From NCBI GenBank assembly GCA_029932445.1, contig JAOZQB010000003.1, forward strand, positions 1 to 32,629: DNA of 32,629 bases, in the 5' to 3' direction. Of this stretch, positions 1 to 10,219 are shown in pieces. A model generated the notes under the pieces. It saw only the letters and a list, made by a program, of their open reading frames with translations, was not told the origin of the DNA and did no database searches. Source of the DNA: Bacteroidales bacterium (lineage in GTDB: Bacteria > Bacteroidota > Bacteroidia > Bacteroidales > JAADGE01). The first letter of the stretch is position 1, and the number at the start of each line of letters is the position of its first letter. The position numbers and the translations under genes were made by a program.

Positions 1-668
1 GTATCGAAAAAGCAGCCGAGCAGTTAAGAGAAAAATGGAACTTGGGCAATGACCCGATAAGTAATGTTATTTCATTGTTAGAATCAAAAAAAATAAAAGT
101 CATTGAAATTGAGGAAGAAAATAAATTTGACGGCCTTTCGGTATTAATTGATAATAAATATCCGGTTATTGTAATTAACAAATCATTTCCGGTTGAAAGA
201 AAACGATTTACTTTATTGCATGAACTCGGTCATTTACTTCTCAACATTAATGAACGTTTTTCTGATAAAGATGAGGAAATGTTTTGCAACCGTTTTGCCG
301 GTGCATTATTATTACCCGAAGAAGCTGTTTATGAAAATTTCGGAACTGACAGAAAAAACATCAGTTTTCCTGAATTGAAAAACATTCAAGAATTATACGG
401 TATCAGCATTCGTGCAATAATGTATCGATTAAAAGATTTAGTTGTAATATCTGCCGGAATGCATAAAGGTTTTTCTATAAGGTTAAATTCTGATTCACTT
501 TTAAAAAACGAAGTTGATGAAGTCCGATTTACTGAACAAGAAAATACCGGAAGGTATAATCGACTTGTTTATCAGGCACTTTCAAAAGAGTTGATTTCTT
601 TGAGCAAGGCATCCTCATTATTAGGAGTAGCCGTAAATAAAGTAAAGGAAGAATTTGCATTAATATAG
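1..668 (+). CDS. ImmA/IrrE family zinc metallopeptidase (Peptidase M78/DUF955), 5'-truncated by the window edge; probably HTH(XRE)-fused
   Basis: The frame is open from position 3 (IEKAAEQLREKWNLGNDPI), so the TTG at 42 is internal. Motifs seen: RKRFTLLHELGH (HExxH), E..CNRFAGALLLP, YGISIRAIMYRL and the C-terminal ISLSKASSLLG typical of HTH-IrrE proteins. The HTH fusion is inferred because it would lie outside the window. Confidence 0.88.
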   Translation, partial: IEKAAEQLREKWNLGNDPISNVISLLESKKIKVIEIEEENKFDGLSVLIDNKYPVIVINKSFPVERKRFTLLHELGHLLLNINERFSDKDEEMFCNRFAGALLLPEEAVYENFGTDRKNISFPELKNIQELYGISIRAIMYRLKDLVVISAGMHKGFSIRLNSDSLLKNEVDEVRFTEQENTGRYNRLVYQALSKELISLSKASSLLGVAVNKVKEEFALI

Positions 669-672
669 CAAG

Positions 673-1176
673 ATGATGAAGATTATAGTGAACGATGCAA
701 ATATATTAATTGACCTTGCCGAATTAGATTTGATTGAAAAACTATCGGAATTAGGAGCTGCACTTCATACGAATGATTTTGTATTATCAGAAATTAAGGA
801 ATCCTCCCAAAGAGAAAAAATTGACTTGTTTGTCAGCGAAAAAATAATTACGGTTGCAAGTACAGGTTCAGAAGAAGTAATCGTTATCAGCCAAATGACA
901 ATTGAGAATAAAGGATTAAGTTTTGAAGATTGCTCCGTTTGGCATTATGCAAAAAAAAGCAACGGTTTACTTTTAACCGGAGATAAAAAATTAAAAACCT
1001 GTGCAGAAAAAGACGGTGTAGAAGTTAGAGGAATTATTTATGTTTTAGATGAACTGTTAAGCAATAATATTATTAGCGAGGAAACAGCAATAATTAAAAT
1101 CAAAGAATTATATAGTTTAAATAAATGGCTTCCTAAAAATGAGATTAATGCACGAATAAGTAATTGGGAAAAATAA
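673..1176 (+). CDS. PIN-domain (VapC-like) putative ribonuclease
   Basis: PIN acidic motifs IIVNDANILID, VLSE, LSFEDCS and LLTGDKKL. Starts 4 bp after the ImmA/IrrE stop. Confidence 0.82.
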   Translation: MMKIIVNDANILIDLAELDLIEKLSELGAALHTNDFVLSEIKESSQREKIDLFVSEKIITVASTGSEEVIVISQMTIENKGLSFEDCSVWHYAKKSNGLLLTGDKKLKTCAEKDGVEVRGIIYVLDELLSNNIISEETAIIKIKELYSLNKWLPKNEINARISNWEK

Positions 1177-1233
1177 TCAAATATCTTAATTTTACACACG
1201 TGTAATTTTAAAAAAATAATATTTTACTCGTTA

Positions 1234-1267
1234 TTTGCTGATAGTTAGCAGTTAGTATGTATATTTG
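1234..1267 (+). promoter_or_regulatory. Candidate Bacteroidota sigma-A promoter for hsdR
   Basis: TTTG (1234-1237) and TATATTTG (1260-1267) match the -33 TTTG / -7 TAnnTTTG consensus. The 22-nt spacer is slightly long. The -7 box ends about 80 bp upstream of the hsdR ATG. Confidence 0.5.
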
Positions 1268-1350
1268 TGAGGGTAACATTTGTAAGTAAATCGTGTTTAC
1301 ATGCAAACATTACCTTTAATATTTAACAGTGATGTATAAAAACTGATAAA

Positions 1351-4300
1351 ATGCCGAACCCATACGCATACAACGAACAAAATATTTCTCAAATTCCTGC
1401 AATTCAGCTTCTGAAAAAACTCGGTTACAAATATCTTTATCCGCACGAAACCGATGCCGAACGCAAGAACCTCTACAATGTCATTCTTAAAGACATTTTG
1501 AGACAAAAGTTGCTTGATTTTAATTCTTTTGAATACAAAGGAGCAAGTTTTCAATTTAGTGAAAAGAACATCAATCAAGCACTTCAAGATATTGATGAAG
1601 CATTATCGGACGGACCGGTAAAAACCAATGAGAAAATTTATAACAGCCTTATACTCGGAAAAAGTTATTTAGAACATCTGCCCGACGGCAACCAACGTTC
1701 GTTCAGCATAAAATATATTGATTGGCAACATCCCGAAAACAATGTTTTTCATGTAACGGAAGAATTTGTTGTTGAAAGAGATAACGGTCATACAATTCGT
1801 CCGGATATTGTGCTTTTTATTAACGGTATTCCGCTCGGTGTTATTGAGTGTAAACGTTCATCGGTTTCAATTAATGAAGGCATAAGCCAAATGTTGCGAA
1901 ATCAAGGAAAGGAATACATTCCGCAATTGTTTAAGTTTGTGCAAATTGTAATGAGTACGAATAAGAATGAAACCAAATATGCAACATGCAGCACATCGAA
2001 AGAGTTTTGGGCGGTTTGGAAAGAACAAGAAACCGATTGGCATGAAAGCATAATGAATGAAGCCGTTTCGGAAAGAAAACATACAATACAAGATAAAAAT
2101 ATTGTTTCTTTATTTCATCCGCAAAGGTTTCTTGATTTAATTAAATATTTTACGGTATTTGATGCAAATATTAAGAAAATTGCTCGCTATCAACAGTATT
2201 TTGCCATAAAAGAAATCATTGAAACAATCAGGCAAAAAGATGAAAACGGCAACAGGCAATCAGGTGTGATTTGGCATACACAAGGCTCGGGAAAATCGCT
2301 TACAATGGTTATGCTTGCAAAATATTTATTATCGGAACTGCATGAATATAATCCTAAAATTGTTGTTGTTACCGACCGTAAGAATCTTGACAAACAGATT
2401 TATACAACTTTTTTAGATACTCGCACAAGAGCCAAAAAAGCAAGTTCCGGAAGAAATCTTGTCGATTTAATTAATGATAATGCTGCCGATGTTATAACAA
2501 CTTTGGTGCATAAATTTGATACGGCATCTGAAATTAAAAATCCGGTTCTGTCAAAAGATGTTTTTGTTTTGGTTGATGAATCTCATCGCACACAATACGG
2601 AGAGCTGCATATAAAAATGAAAAAGGTTTTCCCGAATGCTTGTTATCTCGGTTTTACCGGAACTCCTTTAATGAAGAAGGAAAAAAGCACCATGATTAAG
2701 TTCGGTAAACTGATTCATAAATACACCATTGCCGACGGTGTTGCCGATAAAGCAATTGTTCCTTTATTGTATGAAGGGAAAATGGTTGAGCAAACCGTAA
2801 ATCAAAAAGCTATTGATAATCGTCTTGAAATTATTACAAGACATCTGAATGACAAGCAAAAAGAAGAAGTCAAGAAAAAATGGAGCCAATTTGAACGCAT
2901 TGCATCATCCGAGCAACGTCTGAAATTAATTGCTTTTGACATTAATCAACATTTCTGTAAACATTATAAAACAGAAGGTGTTCAGTTTAAATCCATGCTT
3001 GCAACTACAAGTAAAATTGAAGCCGTCAGGTATCTTGATGCTTTTATTGAACTCGGAGACTTGAATTGTGCAGTTGTGATTTCACCTCCCGATCAAAGAG
3101 AAGGACACGAGGCGGTTGATAAAAAATCCAAAGACCGTGTGCAAAATTTCTGGAATGATATGATGAAACGTTATAACAGTCCGGAAGATTATGAAGACAG
3201 CATCAAAGATGAATTTGTAAAAGGAGATGAAATTGATATGCTTATTGTTGTTGATAAACTTCTCACCGGTTTCGATGCTCCCAAAGCAACTGTTTTGTAT
3301 ATCGACAAGCCAATGAAAGAACACACTTTGTTACAGGCAATTGCAAGGGTAAACCGTTTGCATGAAGGCAAAGATTACGGTTACATCATTGATTACAGAG
3401 GTTTGCTCGAACGTTTGGATGAAGCCATGAAAGTATATTCCGGTGCAGGTCTTGAAAATTTTGATCCCGAAGATTTACAAGGTGCGGTTTACGATGTTAT
3501 CAGTATTGTCGGAACTTTACGACATTACTATTCAGAACTGGTAAAAACATTTGCTTCTGTCCGGAATAAAAAAGAACCCGAAGAATATGAACTATTGCTT
3601 GAAGACGACGAAAAAAGAAAGGATTTTTATGAAGTATTAAGTCAATTCGGTAAAAATCTCGGCATTGCTTTGGAATCGGAAAAAGTATATGAAGCTCTGA
3701 AAGAAAAAGAGATTAAAGATTATAAAAGAGATTTAAGGTTTTATCAGGAATTAAGAAAATCTGTTAAACTTCGATATTCTGACGGTATAGATCATAAAGA
3801 ATATGAAGCAAAAATGCAAAAGTTAATGGACAACTACATTGCAGCCGAAGATATTATTCGTATTACCAACCCGGTAGATATTCTCAATACAAAAGCCTTT
3901 GAAGAAGAGCTTGACAGATTAGGCAGTAAACGAGCAAAAGCTGATGCTATCCGAACCCGAATGTCAAAGAAAATCAGTGAGAAATATGAAGAGAATCCTG
4001 CATTCTATAAAAAGTTTTCTCAAAGGATTCAAGAAGTTCTCCGAATGTATAAAGAGCAAAGAATTTCGGAAGCTGAATATCTGCAAAAGATGAATGATAT
4101 TAAGGATGATTTTATCAAAGGCAATTCCGGTGAAGATTACCCGGAAAACATAAAAGAAAATAAGCACGCACAAGCATTTTACGGAAGCATCAAAGAAATT
4201 GTTGAAGAATCTGATGATTTGCAAAAACAATATAAGTTAATCGGTCAGTTATCAATGGAAGTTAACACAATTTTAAAATCAGAAACCAAAGTAGATTGGC

Positions 4301-4449
4301 ACGATAACCCGGATGTTCACAAACACATTGAGCAAAAAACAGAGGATTTATTGTATGAATATATTGATAAATACGACCTGAAAATTAACACTTCCGAAAT
4401 GGATTTGATTATTGAAAGTATTAAAAAAATTGCTTTAAGAAGATATTAA
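1351..4449 (+). CDS. hsdR: Type I restriction endonuclease subunit R
   Basis: PD-(D/E)xK nuclease motif RPDIVLFINGIPLGVIECK, Walker A WHTQGSGKS, DESHR, GFTGTP, IVVDKLLTGFDAP and LLQAIARVNR; 1032 aa. Confidence 0.97.
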   Translation: MPNPYAYNEQNISQIPAIQLLKKLGYKYLYPHETDAERKNLYNVILKDILRQKLLDFNSFEYKGASFQFSEKNINQALQDIDEALSDGPVKTNEKIYNSLILGKSYLEHLPDGNQRSFSIKYIDWQHPENNVFHVTEEFVVERDNGHTIRPDIVLFINGIPLGVIECKRSSVSINEGISQMLRNQGKEYIPQLFKFVQIVMSTNKNETKYATCSTSKEFWAVWKEQETDWHESIMNEAVSERKHTIQDKNIVSLFHPQRFLDLIKYFTVFDANIKKIARYQQYFAIKEIIETIRQKDENGNRQSGVIWHTQGSGKSLTMVMLAKYLLSELHEYNPKIVVVTDRKNLDKQIYTTFLDTRTRAKKASSGRNLVDLINDNAADVITTLVHKFDTASEIKNPVLSKDVFVLVDESHRTQYGELHIKMKKVFPNACYLGFTGTPLMKKEKSTMIKFGKLIHKYTIADGVADKAIVPLLYEGKMVEQTVNQKAIDNRLEIITRHLNDKQKEEVKKKWSQFERIASSEQRLKLIAFDINQHFCKHYKTEGVQFKSMLATTSKIEAVRYLDAFIELGDLNCAVVISPPDQREGHEAVDKKSKDRVQNFWNDMMKRYNSPEDYEDSIKDEFVKGDEIDMLIVVDKLLTGFDAPKATVLYIDKPMKEHTLLQAIARVNRLHEGKDYGYIIDYRGLLERLDEAMKVYSGAGLENFDPEDLQGAVYDVISIVGTLRHYYSELVKTFASVRNKKEPEEYELLLEDDEKRKDFYEVLSQFGKNLGIALESEKVYEALKEKEIKDYKRDLRFYQELRKSVKLRYSDGIDHKEYEAKMQKLMDNYIAAEDIIRITNPVDILNTKAFEEELDRLGSKRAKADAIRTRMSKKISEKYEENPAFYKKFSQRIQEVLRMYKEQRISEAEYLQKMNDIKDDFIKGNSGEDYPENIKENKHAQAFYGSIKEIVEESDDLQKQYKLIGQLSMEVNTILKSETKVDWHDNPDVHKHIEQKTEDLLYEYIDKYDLKINTSEMDLIIESIKKIALRRY

Positions 4450-4484
4450 TGTTTGTCCGAAATTAAACAAAGAATACAAACAAA

Positions 4485-5207
4485 TTGAAAAGATATAAAA
4501 TAACATACGGCAATAAAGAAATTGAGTTTGAGCTGCACCGCAAACCGGTTAAAAACATAAATCTGAATGTGAAACCGGATTTAAGCATTATGGTATCCGC
4601 AAATGATGATGTTCCGATTGACTATATCATAAATTTTGTAAAAGGGAAGGGGACATGGATATTAAAACAACTTAATTATTTTATAAAAACACTTCCGGAG
4701 CAGCATTCAAATAAAGAATATGTAAACGGAGAATCATTTAAATATCTCGGCAAGCAATACCGTTTAAAAGTTTATGAAAGCAAAAATGAATCCGTAAAAT
4801 ATTACAGAGGATTTATTGAAATGTATATCAAAGATAAAACAGATATAAAACGGAAAGAAACCTTAATTCAAAATTGGTTCAAAGAACGCAGAAAGATAGT
4901 GTTTCAAGAAACTTTAAAAAAAGTATTTCCGCTTTTAGAAAAATACGGTATAAAAAAACCGGCAATTGACATCAGAATGATGAAAGCTCGCTGGGGATCT
5001 TGCGTAAAAGAAAAACAAATAATACTCCTAAACTCCGAACTCATAAAAGCACCAAAATATTGTATTCAATATGTCATCCTGCACGAACTTATCCATTTCA
5101 AATACGATAATCACTACGCTGACTTTAACGAACTATTAACCACCCTTATGCCCGATTGGAAAAAGCGTAAGGCTGTGTTGGATGAGGAGGTTGTTCGGGA
5201 TTTGTAG
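4485..5207 (+). CDS. YgjP/DUF45 (M48/SprT-like) zinc metallopeptidase-fold protein, commonly found after hsdR
   Basis: GESFKYLGKQYRL, MKARWGSC and YVILHELIH (HExxH) followed by DNH. The TTG start is uncertain. Confidence 0.88.
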   Translation: MKRYKITYGNKEIEFELHRKPVKNINLNVKPDLSIMVSANDDVPIDYIINFVKGKGTWILKQLNYFIKTLPEQHSNKEYVNGESFKYLGKQYRLKVYESKNESVKYYRGFIEMYIKDKTDIKRKETLIQNWFKERRKIVFQETLKKVFPLLEKYGIKKPAIDIRMMKARWGSCVKEKQIILLNSELIKAPKYCIQYVILHELIHFKYDNHYADFNELLTTLMPDWKKRKAVLDEEVVRDL

Positions 5208-5261
5208 GAGCTGTTTCTTGAATTAAATAATTCCTGACATCCCCTGCAATAATCGCAGTAA

Positions 5262-6713
5262 TTATTTTTGCCGGTCTTTTCTTATTATATTCGTTGCACA
5301 GAGATAACCGCTGAATACGGCACCGGAAAAACCACCTCCTACTTTTGTCCAAGCTGATGCAAAATGCAAATTGTCAATTGTTTCAATCTTATCATACAGA
5401 ATTCTTTGAGGTGTTTGTGCAAATCCGTAAACAGCACCTTCAGGATTTAAGGTGTAGTGTTTAATCGTTTTTGATGTTCCTACTTCATAATATTCTATGT
5501 GTTCCTTAATTCCCGGAATTAGTTTCTCTAATTTAGTTATATATATTTCTGCGACTTTCTTCTTCTTTGCTTTATATTCATCGTCATTAAGTTTCTCCCA
5601 ATCGGAATAATAATCTATGCAACAGATTACTCCGACACTTTTATCTTCAGATGTAAGCGCTGAATCAACTTGACTGTAATCAATAAATGTGAAACTGCGT
5701 TCTTTAAAATCTGCTTTGTTATTTTTTATAATATCAGCTTGTGTTTTTATGGAATCATCAAATACAAATGTGGAATAATACTTACTTCCGATGTCTTTTA
5801 GTTTTTTATTAAACCCTAAATAAATTGTGAGTAATGATGCTCCGATTTGCATTTTATTTATTGAATGTTTCAATTTTTCACCGGCTTCTTTCGGCAACAA
5901 ACGGTTTGCAACAATCGGAATTGCTGCATTGGCAATTATTTCATCAGCATATGCAGAAAAAGTTTCATTTGCGGATTTCTTATTTTCTTGATATTTAACC
6001 CCGATTGCTATATTGTTTTCGGCAATAATCTCAGTGACTATGTGTTTAAGAATTACTTTTCCTCCGTTTTTTGAAATATAATCAGAAAGATAATTTGAAA
6101 GCATTTGAGAACCCCCTTTAATAAAGTTTCCGCCGCCTTGATAATACCTTGCCTGAGCTAAGGAATAATAAATCAGGGAAACGCTATACGGATTGTCATG
6201 AAAATAACCCAGGTTGCCGAGAAGTACAAGTTTTAAATCTTCATTTTCAATGATTGTATCAAGAAATTCGCCAAGAGAAATGTCCGGTTTTCCTGCTGAT
6301 TCTTTAGCCCTTTTTTTTGCATTGATAATCTGATCAAAATAGGCATTGATTCCCGATTCTTCTTCAGGGAAATTCTGATTTAAAACAGCTTTTGCTTGGT
6401 CAATTTCATGCGGAATTGTTATCTGATATCGTTCATTTATAAAATGATAAAATTCAGGCACACGTAAAAACTCAATGCTGTCAAAGACTTCAAGGTCACG
6501 GAAGATTTTGATTTTCATATCCGTATTTTTTAATCCGTCCATTTCGTGCAAACCGACTTCAAATGTGAAATCTTTTCGATTAAATGTTGTCGCACAACCG
6601 CCGGGTCGGTCGTGTTGTTCAATCAGTAATACTCTTTTGCCTTCTTTGGCAAGTTTTGCACCGGCAGTCAGTCCGCCGAGTCCTGCACCAATTATTATGA
6701 TATCATATCTCAT
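5262..6713 (-). CDS. NAD(P)/FAD-dependent oxidoreductase, phytoene desaturase / retinol-saturase-like family
   Basis: N-terminal IIIGAGLGGL, EQHDRPGGCATTF, FEVGLH, KGGSQML, GAVYGF and C-terminal FASAWT.VGGGFSGA. Confidence 0.85.
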   Translation of the reverse strand: MRYDIIIIGAGLGGLTAGAKLAKEGKRVLLIEQHDRPGGCATTFNRKDFTFEVGLHEMDGLKNTDMKIKIFRDLEVFDSIEFLRVPEFYHFINERYQITIPHEIDQAKAVLNQNFPEEESGINAYFDQIINAKKRAKESAGKPDISLGEFLDTIIENEDLKLVLLGNLGYFHDNPYSVSLIYYSLAQARYYQGGGNFIKGGSQMLSNYLSDYISKNGGKVILKHIVTEIIAENNIAIGVKYQENKKSANETFSAYADEIIANAAIPIVANRLLPKEAGEKLKHSINKMQIGASLLTIYLGFNKKLKDIGSKYYSTFVFDDSIKTQADIIKNNKADFKERSFTFIDYSQVDSALTSEDKSVGVICCIDYYSDWEKLNDDEYKAKKKKVAEIYITKLEKLIPGIKEHIEYYEVGTSKTIKHYTLNPEGAVYGFAQTPQRILYDKIETIDNLHFASAWTKVGGGFSGAVFSGYLCATNIIRKDRQK

Positions 6714-6782
6714 TATTTCTTTATATTTTTCCGTTGATTATTATGACATTATATGCAAATCGCAAGTTTATTACTGTGAAAA

Positions 6783-7955
6783 CTAAGTTTTGAATTCAGG
6801 AATCGGATACCGTATAAATTCGGCATTTCTGTCAAACAAATATCTGTATGTTATATAATGTTTTACAGAAACACATCCCACAGAAATGAAGATTTTCCTC
6901 ATTTTCGGATTGAAATCACCGACCCACGAAAATTCGATTTCCTTATAATGCGGTTTTCGCTCGATAACTTTTGCAATTTCCATAATAAATGCCGATTCTA
7001 TTCCGAGATTTTGAAATTCGGGAATAACACCCATCAAAACTCCGCGAGCTCGAGTCATTGTTTTTTTCTTTTTCAGATAAAGAAATTTCATCATATTCCA
7101 CAGATGCATTTTTCCGTTCAAGTGTTTTAAAATCATATTAACATCGGGGTACATCAGATAAACGGCAATCGGTTTGCCGTCTTTATAAGCAATCCGGATA
7201 AATTCTTCTTCAAGGATTATTTTTGCTTTTTTGAGGGTTTTACGAATATACTCAACTTTTAAAGGTTCAAAGTTTTCCATAAATGATTCCCATGCAATAT
7301 TAAAAACTTCTGCAAAATCTTTGGTAAATTGCTCTGCATTTTCCCATGTGAAATGTTTGAATTCATAGCCGGGTTTTTTGGAAACCCATTCGGCAATTCT
7401 CATAAATCGATCAGACATTTTTTTTGTTACATCCAAATGAAAACCTTCTTGTTTAAAATAGGTTTTAAACCCGTAAGTTTCGAATAAGTCTTGATAGTAT
7501 TTATGGTTATAAGCAATCTCATATGACGGATGTGTAAATCCGTCGACAAGCAAGCCCCAATAACTATCTCTTTCTCCGAAGTTTATCGGTCCGTCCATAG
7601 CTTCAATATTATTACTTTTCAGCCATTCTTTCGCTGTATCAAAAAGCAAATTTGCCGCTTTTTGATTATTGATGCATTCAAAAAATCCGATTCCTCCGGT
7701 TGGTTGTTTTTCTGTTTTTGATGTTTTGTAATTAATAAAACCGGCAATACGACCAATCAGTTTACCGGAATCATCTTTTAAAACCCAGCGTTCAGCAATC
7801 CCGTGCTTGAAATAAGTATTTTCCTTCGGGTCAAAAACAGCATTTATTTGATTATCCATAGGGCAAACCCATACAGGATCATTTTTATAAATTATTTTAG
7901 CTGCTTTCAGAAATTCCTTTTTTGAGCTTTTTTCAGTAACTTTATATATTTTCAT
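6783..7955 (-). CDS. YghO-like tandem-GNAT acyltransferase (family includes bacterial ceramide synthase bCerS)
   Basis: About 390 aa with GRIAGF, GGIGFFECINN, GPINF, GLLVDGF, YN..YY, MGVIPEFQNLGIES and EFSWV, a motif pattern I recognise as the YghO family. Confidence 0.72.
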   Translation of the reverse strand: MKIYKVTEKSSKKEFLKAAKIIYKNDPVWVCPMDNQINAVFDPKENTYFKHGIAERWVLKDDSGKLIGRIAGFINYKTSKTEKQPTGGIGFFECINNQKAANLLFDTAKEWLKSNNIEAMDGPINFGERDSYWGLLVDGFTHPSYEIAYNHKYYQDLFETYGFKTYFKQEGFHLDVTKKMSDRFMRIAEWVSKKPGYEFKHFTWENAEQFTKDFAEVFNIAWESFMENFEPLKVEYIRKTLKKAKIILEEEFIRIAYKDGKPIAVYLMYPDVNMILKHLNGKMHLWNMMKFLYLKKKKTMTRARGVLMGVIPEFQNLGIESAFIMEIAKVIERKPHYKEIEFSWVGDFNPKMRKIFISVGCVSVKHYITYRYLFDRNAEFIRYPIPEFKT

Positions 7956-7998
7956 ATAATATTGAGATGTTTATTGATAATCAATAGCCATAGGAAAA

Positions 7999-9780
7999 TT
8001 AAATTGTTTGCTTTATATAAATCTCATCGATTAATGATTGGTATTTAGCTGCAATAAATTTACGCTTTAACTTCAGAGTAGGTGAAAGTTCTCCTGATGC
8101 AGGAGACCATTCATCCGGAATCAATTTAAATCGTTTGATTTTTTCAAAATCAGAGACAGATTTATTTAACATTTTCACTTCTTTATTGAAGATATTCATT
8201 AACTTATCATTTTTCAGAAGTTCTGAATTGTCAGAGATACTGATTTTGTTTTCCAGACACCAATCTTTTATATACAAATAATCAGGAGCAATAATAGCAC
8301 TTGCAAATTTCTCATGTTCCCCAATAACCATCATGTTATCAATAAATAATGATTCTTTGTATTTATTTTCAATTGCTTGAGGAACAATAAACTTTCCGCT
8401 TGACAGCTTAAATATTTCTTTTTTTCGATCTGTTACTTTTAAAAATTTACCGTCCTCAATATTCCCGATATCGCCTGTACGAAACCATCCGTCGTCTGTA
8501 AACACTTGTTTGGTCAGGGACTCATTTTTATAATAGCCCGACATTACATTATGACCTTTGCAAAGGATTTCACCGTCATCGGCAATTTTTACTTCAACAC
8601 CGTCAATTACAGGTCCGACGGAGCCCAAACGCAGATTCGGTTTATGTTTTCTGTTTATAGTAATAATCGGGGATGTTTCTGTAAGACCATACATATTAAG
8701 AACCTTGATTCCGGCTGCCCAAAATATTCGTTCAATTCGAGCCGGTAAGAAAGCTCCTCCGCATCCCACGGATTCAATATTGCCGCCGATAGCTTCTCTC
8801 CATTTTGAGAAAATGAGTTTGTCTGCAATTTTTAATTTTAATCTGTATAAGCATGTGCTTTCACCCGGAGGTTTATACTTTAAGCCAATTTTAACTGCCC
8901 AAAAGAACAAGCTTTTCTTAATTCCTTTCAGTTTTTTACCTTTTGCAATAATCGCATCAAATATTTTTTCCAGAATTCTTGGAACTGCATCAAATCCGTG
9001 GGGTTTAATATCTCGCATATCATTTGCTATAGTTCCCATACTTTCTGCATAATAGATACTGCTTCCGCTGTATTGGGTTTGATAATTTCCCATTCTTCCT
9101 CCCACATGGCATAAGGGTAAGATACTCAGGTATTTCTGTTCGGGTTTCATTTCAAATACATCAGCAGCGGCTAAAAAATTTCTGACCAAATTTTTGTGAG
9201 AAAGCATAACTCCTTTTGATGCTCCTGTTGTTCCTGATGTATATATTAAAGAAGCAAAATCATTTGGCTTAATATCTGCTTTTATTTTTTCGAGTTCATC
9301 TTTAAATTTTTCAGTATTTGCTTTACCGAGTGAAATTATTTCCGACCAATGTTTTTCGTTTTCAATTTCATCAAACGTATAAATAATTTCAAGGTTTTTG
9401 ATTTTTTCAACTACCGGTTTAATTTTTTTGACCAGTTGTTTGTCAGAAATAAACACTATGCGGGCATCTGAATGTTTCAGAATTTCTTCATATTCCGCAG
9501 AACTTAAAGATGTATATAACGGAACATGGACAATGCCGATCATTGACATTCCCATATCAACGAAATTCCATTCGGGACGGTTGCTTGAAACAGTAGCAAT
9601 TTTATCGCCGCTTTTAAAGCCCATTGCCATTAATCCGTAGCTTAATTGATATGAAAAATCGATGTATTGCCGTGTACTGTACTTAAGCCATTTTTTGTTT
9701 TGCTTAAAAGCAAAGGCATCTTCTTTCATAAAATGCTTTTGATATCTGCTCAGAAGATCAAATGTGCGTGTAATTTTCAT
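7999..9780 (-). CDS. fadD: Long-chain fatty acid--CoA ligase (AMP-dependent synthetase)
   Basis: AMP-binding loop IYTSGTTGASKGVMLSH, YGLTETSP, WFRTGDIG, DRKKEIFKLSSGK and ELSPTLKLKR. Confidence 0.9.
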   Translation of the reverse strand: MKITRTFDLLSRYQKHFMKEDAFAFKQNKKWLKYSTRQYIDFSYQLSYGLMAMGFKSGDKIATVSSNRPEWNFVDMGMSMIGIVHVPLYTSLSSAEYEEILKHSDARIVFISDKQLVKKIKPVVEKIKNLEIIYTFDEIENEKHWSEIISLGKANTEKFKDELEKIKADIKPNDFASLIYTSGTTGASKGVMLSHKNLVRNFLAAADVFEMKPEQKYLSILPLCHVGGRMGNYQTQYSGSSIYYAESMGTIANDMRDIKPHGFDAVPRILEKIFDAIIAKGKKLKGIKKSLFFWAVKIGLKYKPPGESTCLYRLKLKIADKLIFSKWREAIGGNIESVGCGGAFLPARIERIFWAAGIKVLNMYGLTETSPIITINRKHKPNLRLGSVGPVIDGVEVKIADDGEILCKGHNVMSGYYKNESLTKQVFTDDGWFRTGDIGNIEDGKFLKVTDRKKEIFKLSSGKFIVPQAIENKYKESLFIDNMMVIGEHEKFASAIIAPDYLYIKDWCLENKISISDNSELLKNDKLMNIFNKEVKMLNKSVSDFEKIKRFKLIPDEWSPASGELSPTLKLKRKFIAAKYQSLIDEIYIKQTI

Positions 9781-10174
9781 TATCCCGTATTAGTTATTAA
9801 TAATTTTTTGACGGCAAGATACAATAATGTTTTCAGAAAAAATTGTGCAGATAAAAAATATAGAAAAAATTTATAAGATTTATTTATAATCTCGCTTAGT
9901 TCTATCTAAATTACTTCTTAAAAAGGCTTCTCGATAACGAAAAAATCTTGTTCTGAAAATTTAAAATTAATCGGCAGCGGATTTTCGGAAATTTTTCTTA
10001 TTTTTGTCACAGCTAAAAAAATTTCCCCGAAATGAGATGTTTTGAGTTAAAAAGGGTAATATTATCTCAAATTACATCTTTAATGTACTGTAAATCATCA
10101 ATATTATCATTTCCTGAAAGTCCCTAACTATTTATCTTATTTTTAAACAGTTGGTTATTTACTGAATGTCCCTA

Positions 10175-10219
10175 AACAACATAAAAAAACCAGCATTTTG
10201 CTGGTTTTTTTATGTTGTT
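10175..10219. terminator. Long hairpin, probably a bidirectional intrinsic terminator for the HEPN cassette
   Basis: Perfect 21-bp inverted repeat AACAACATAAAAAAACCAGCA-TTT-TGCTGGTTTTTTTATGTTGTT with A7/T7 tracts. It overlaps the stop codon of the 10218..10694 gene. Confidence 0.85.

Noticed and set aside
4449-4484. ATG overlapping the hsdR stop, in frame with the M48-like gene but followed by TAA five codons later (possible readthrough or pseudogene)
   Set aside because: The downstream 240-aa ORF is already full length for the family, so no recoding is needed.
5262-6713. Carotenoid biosynthesis (crtI)
   Set aside because: No crtB, crtE or crtY nearby; the neighbours are acyl-lipid enzymes.
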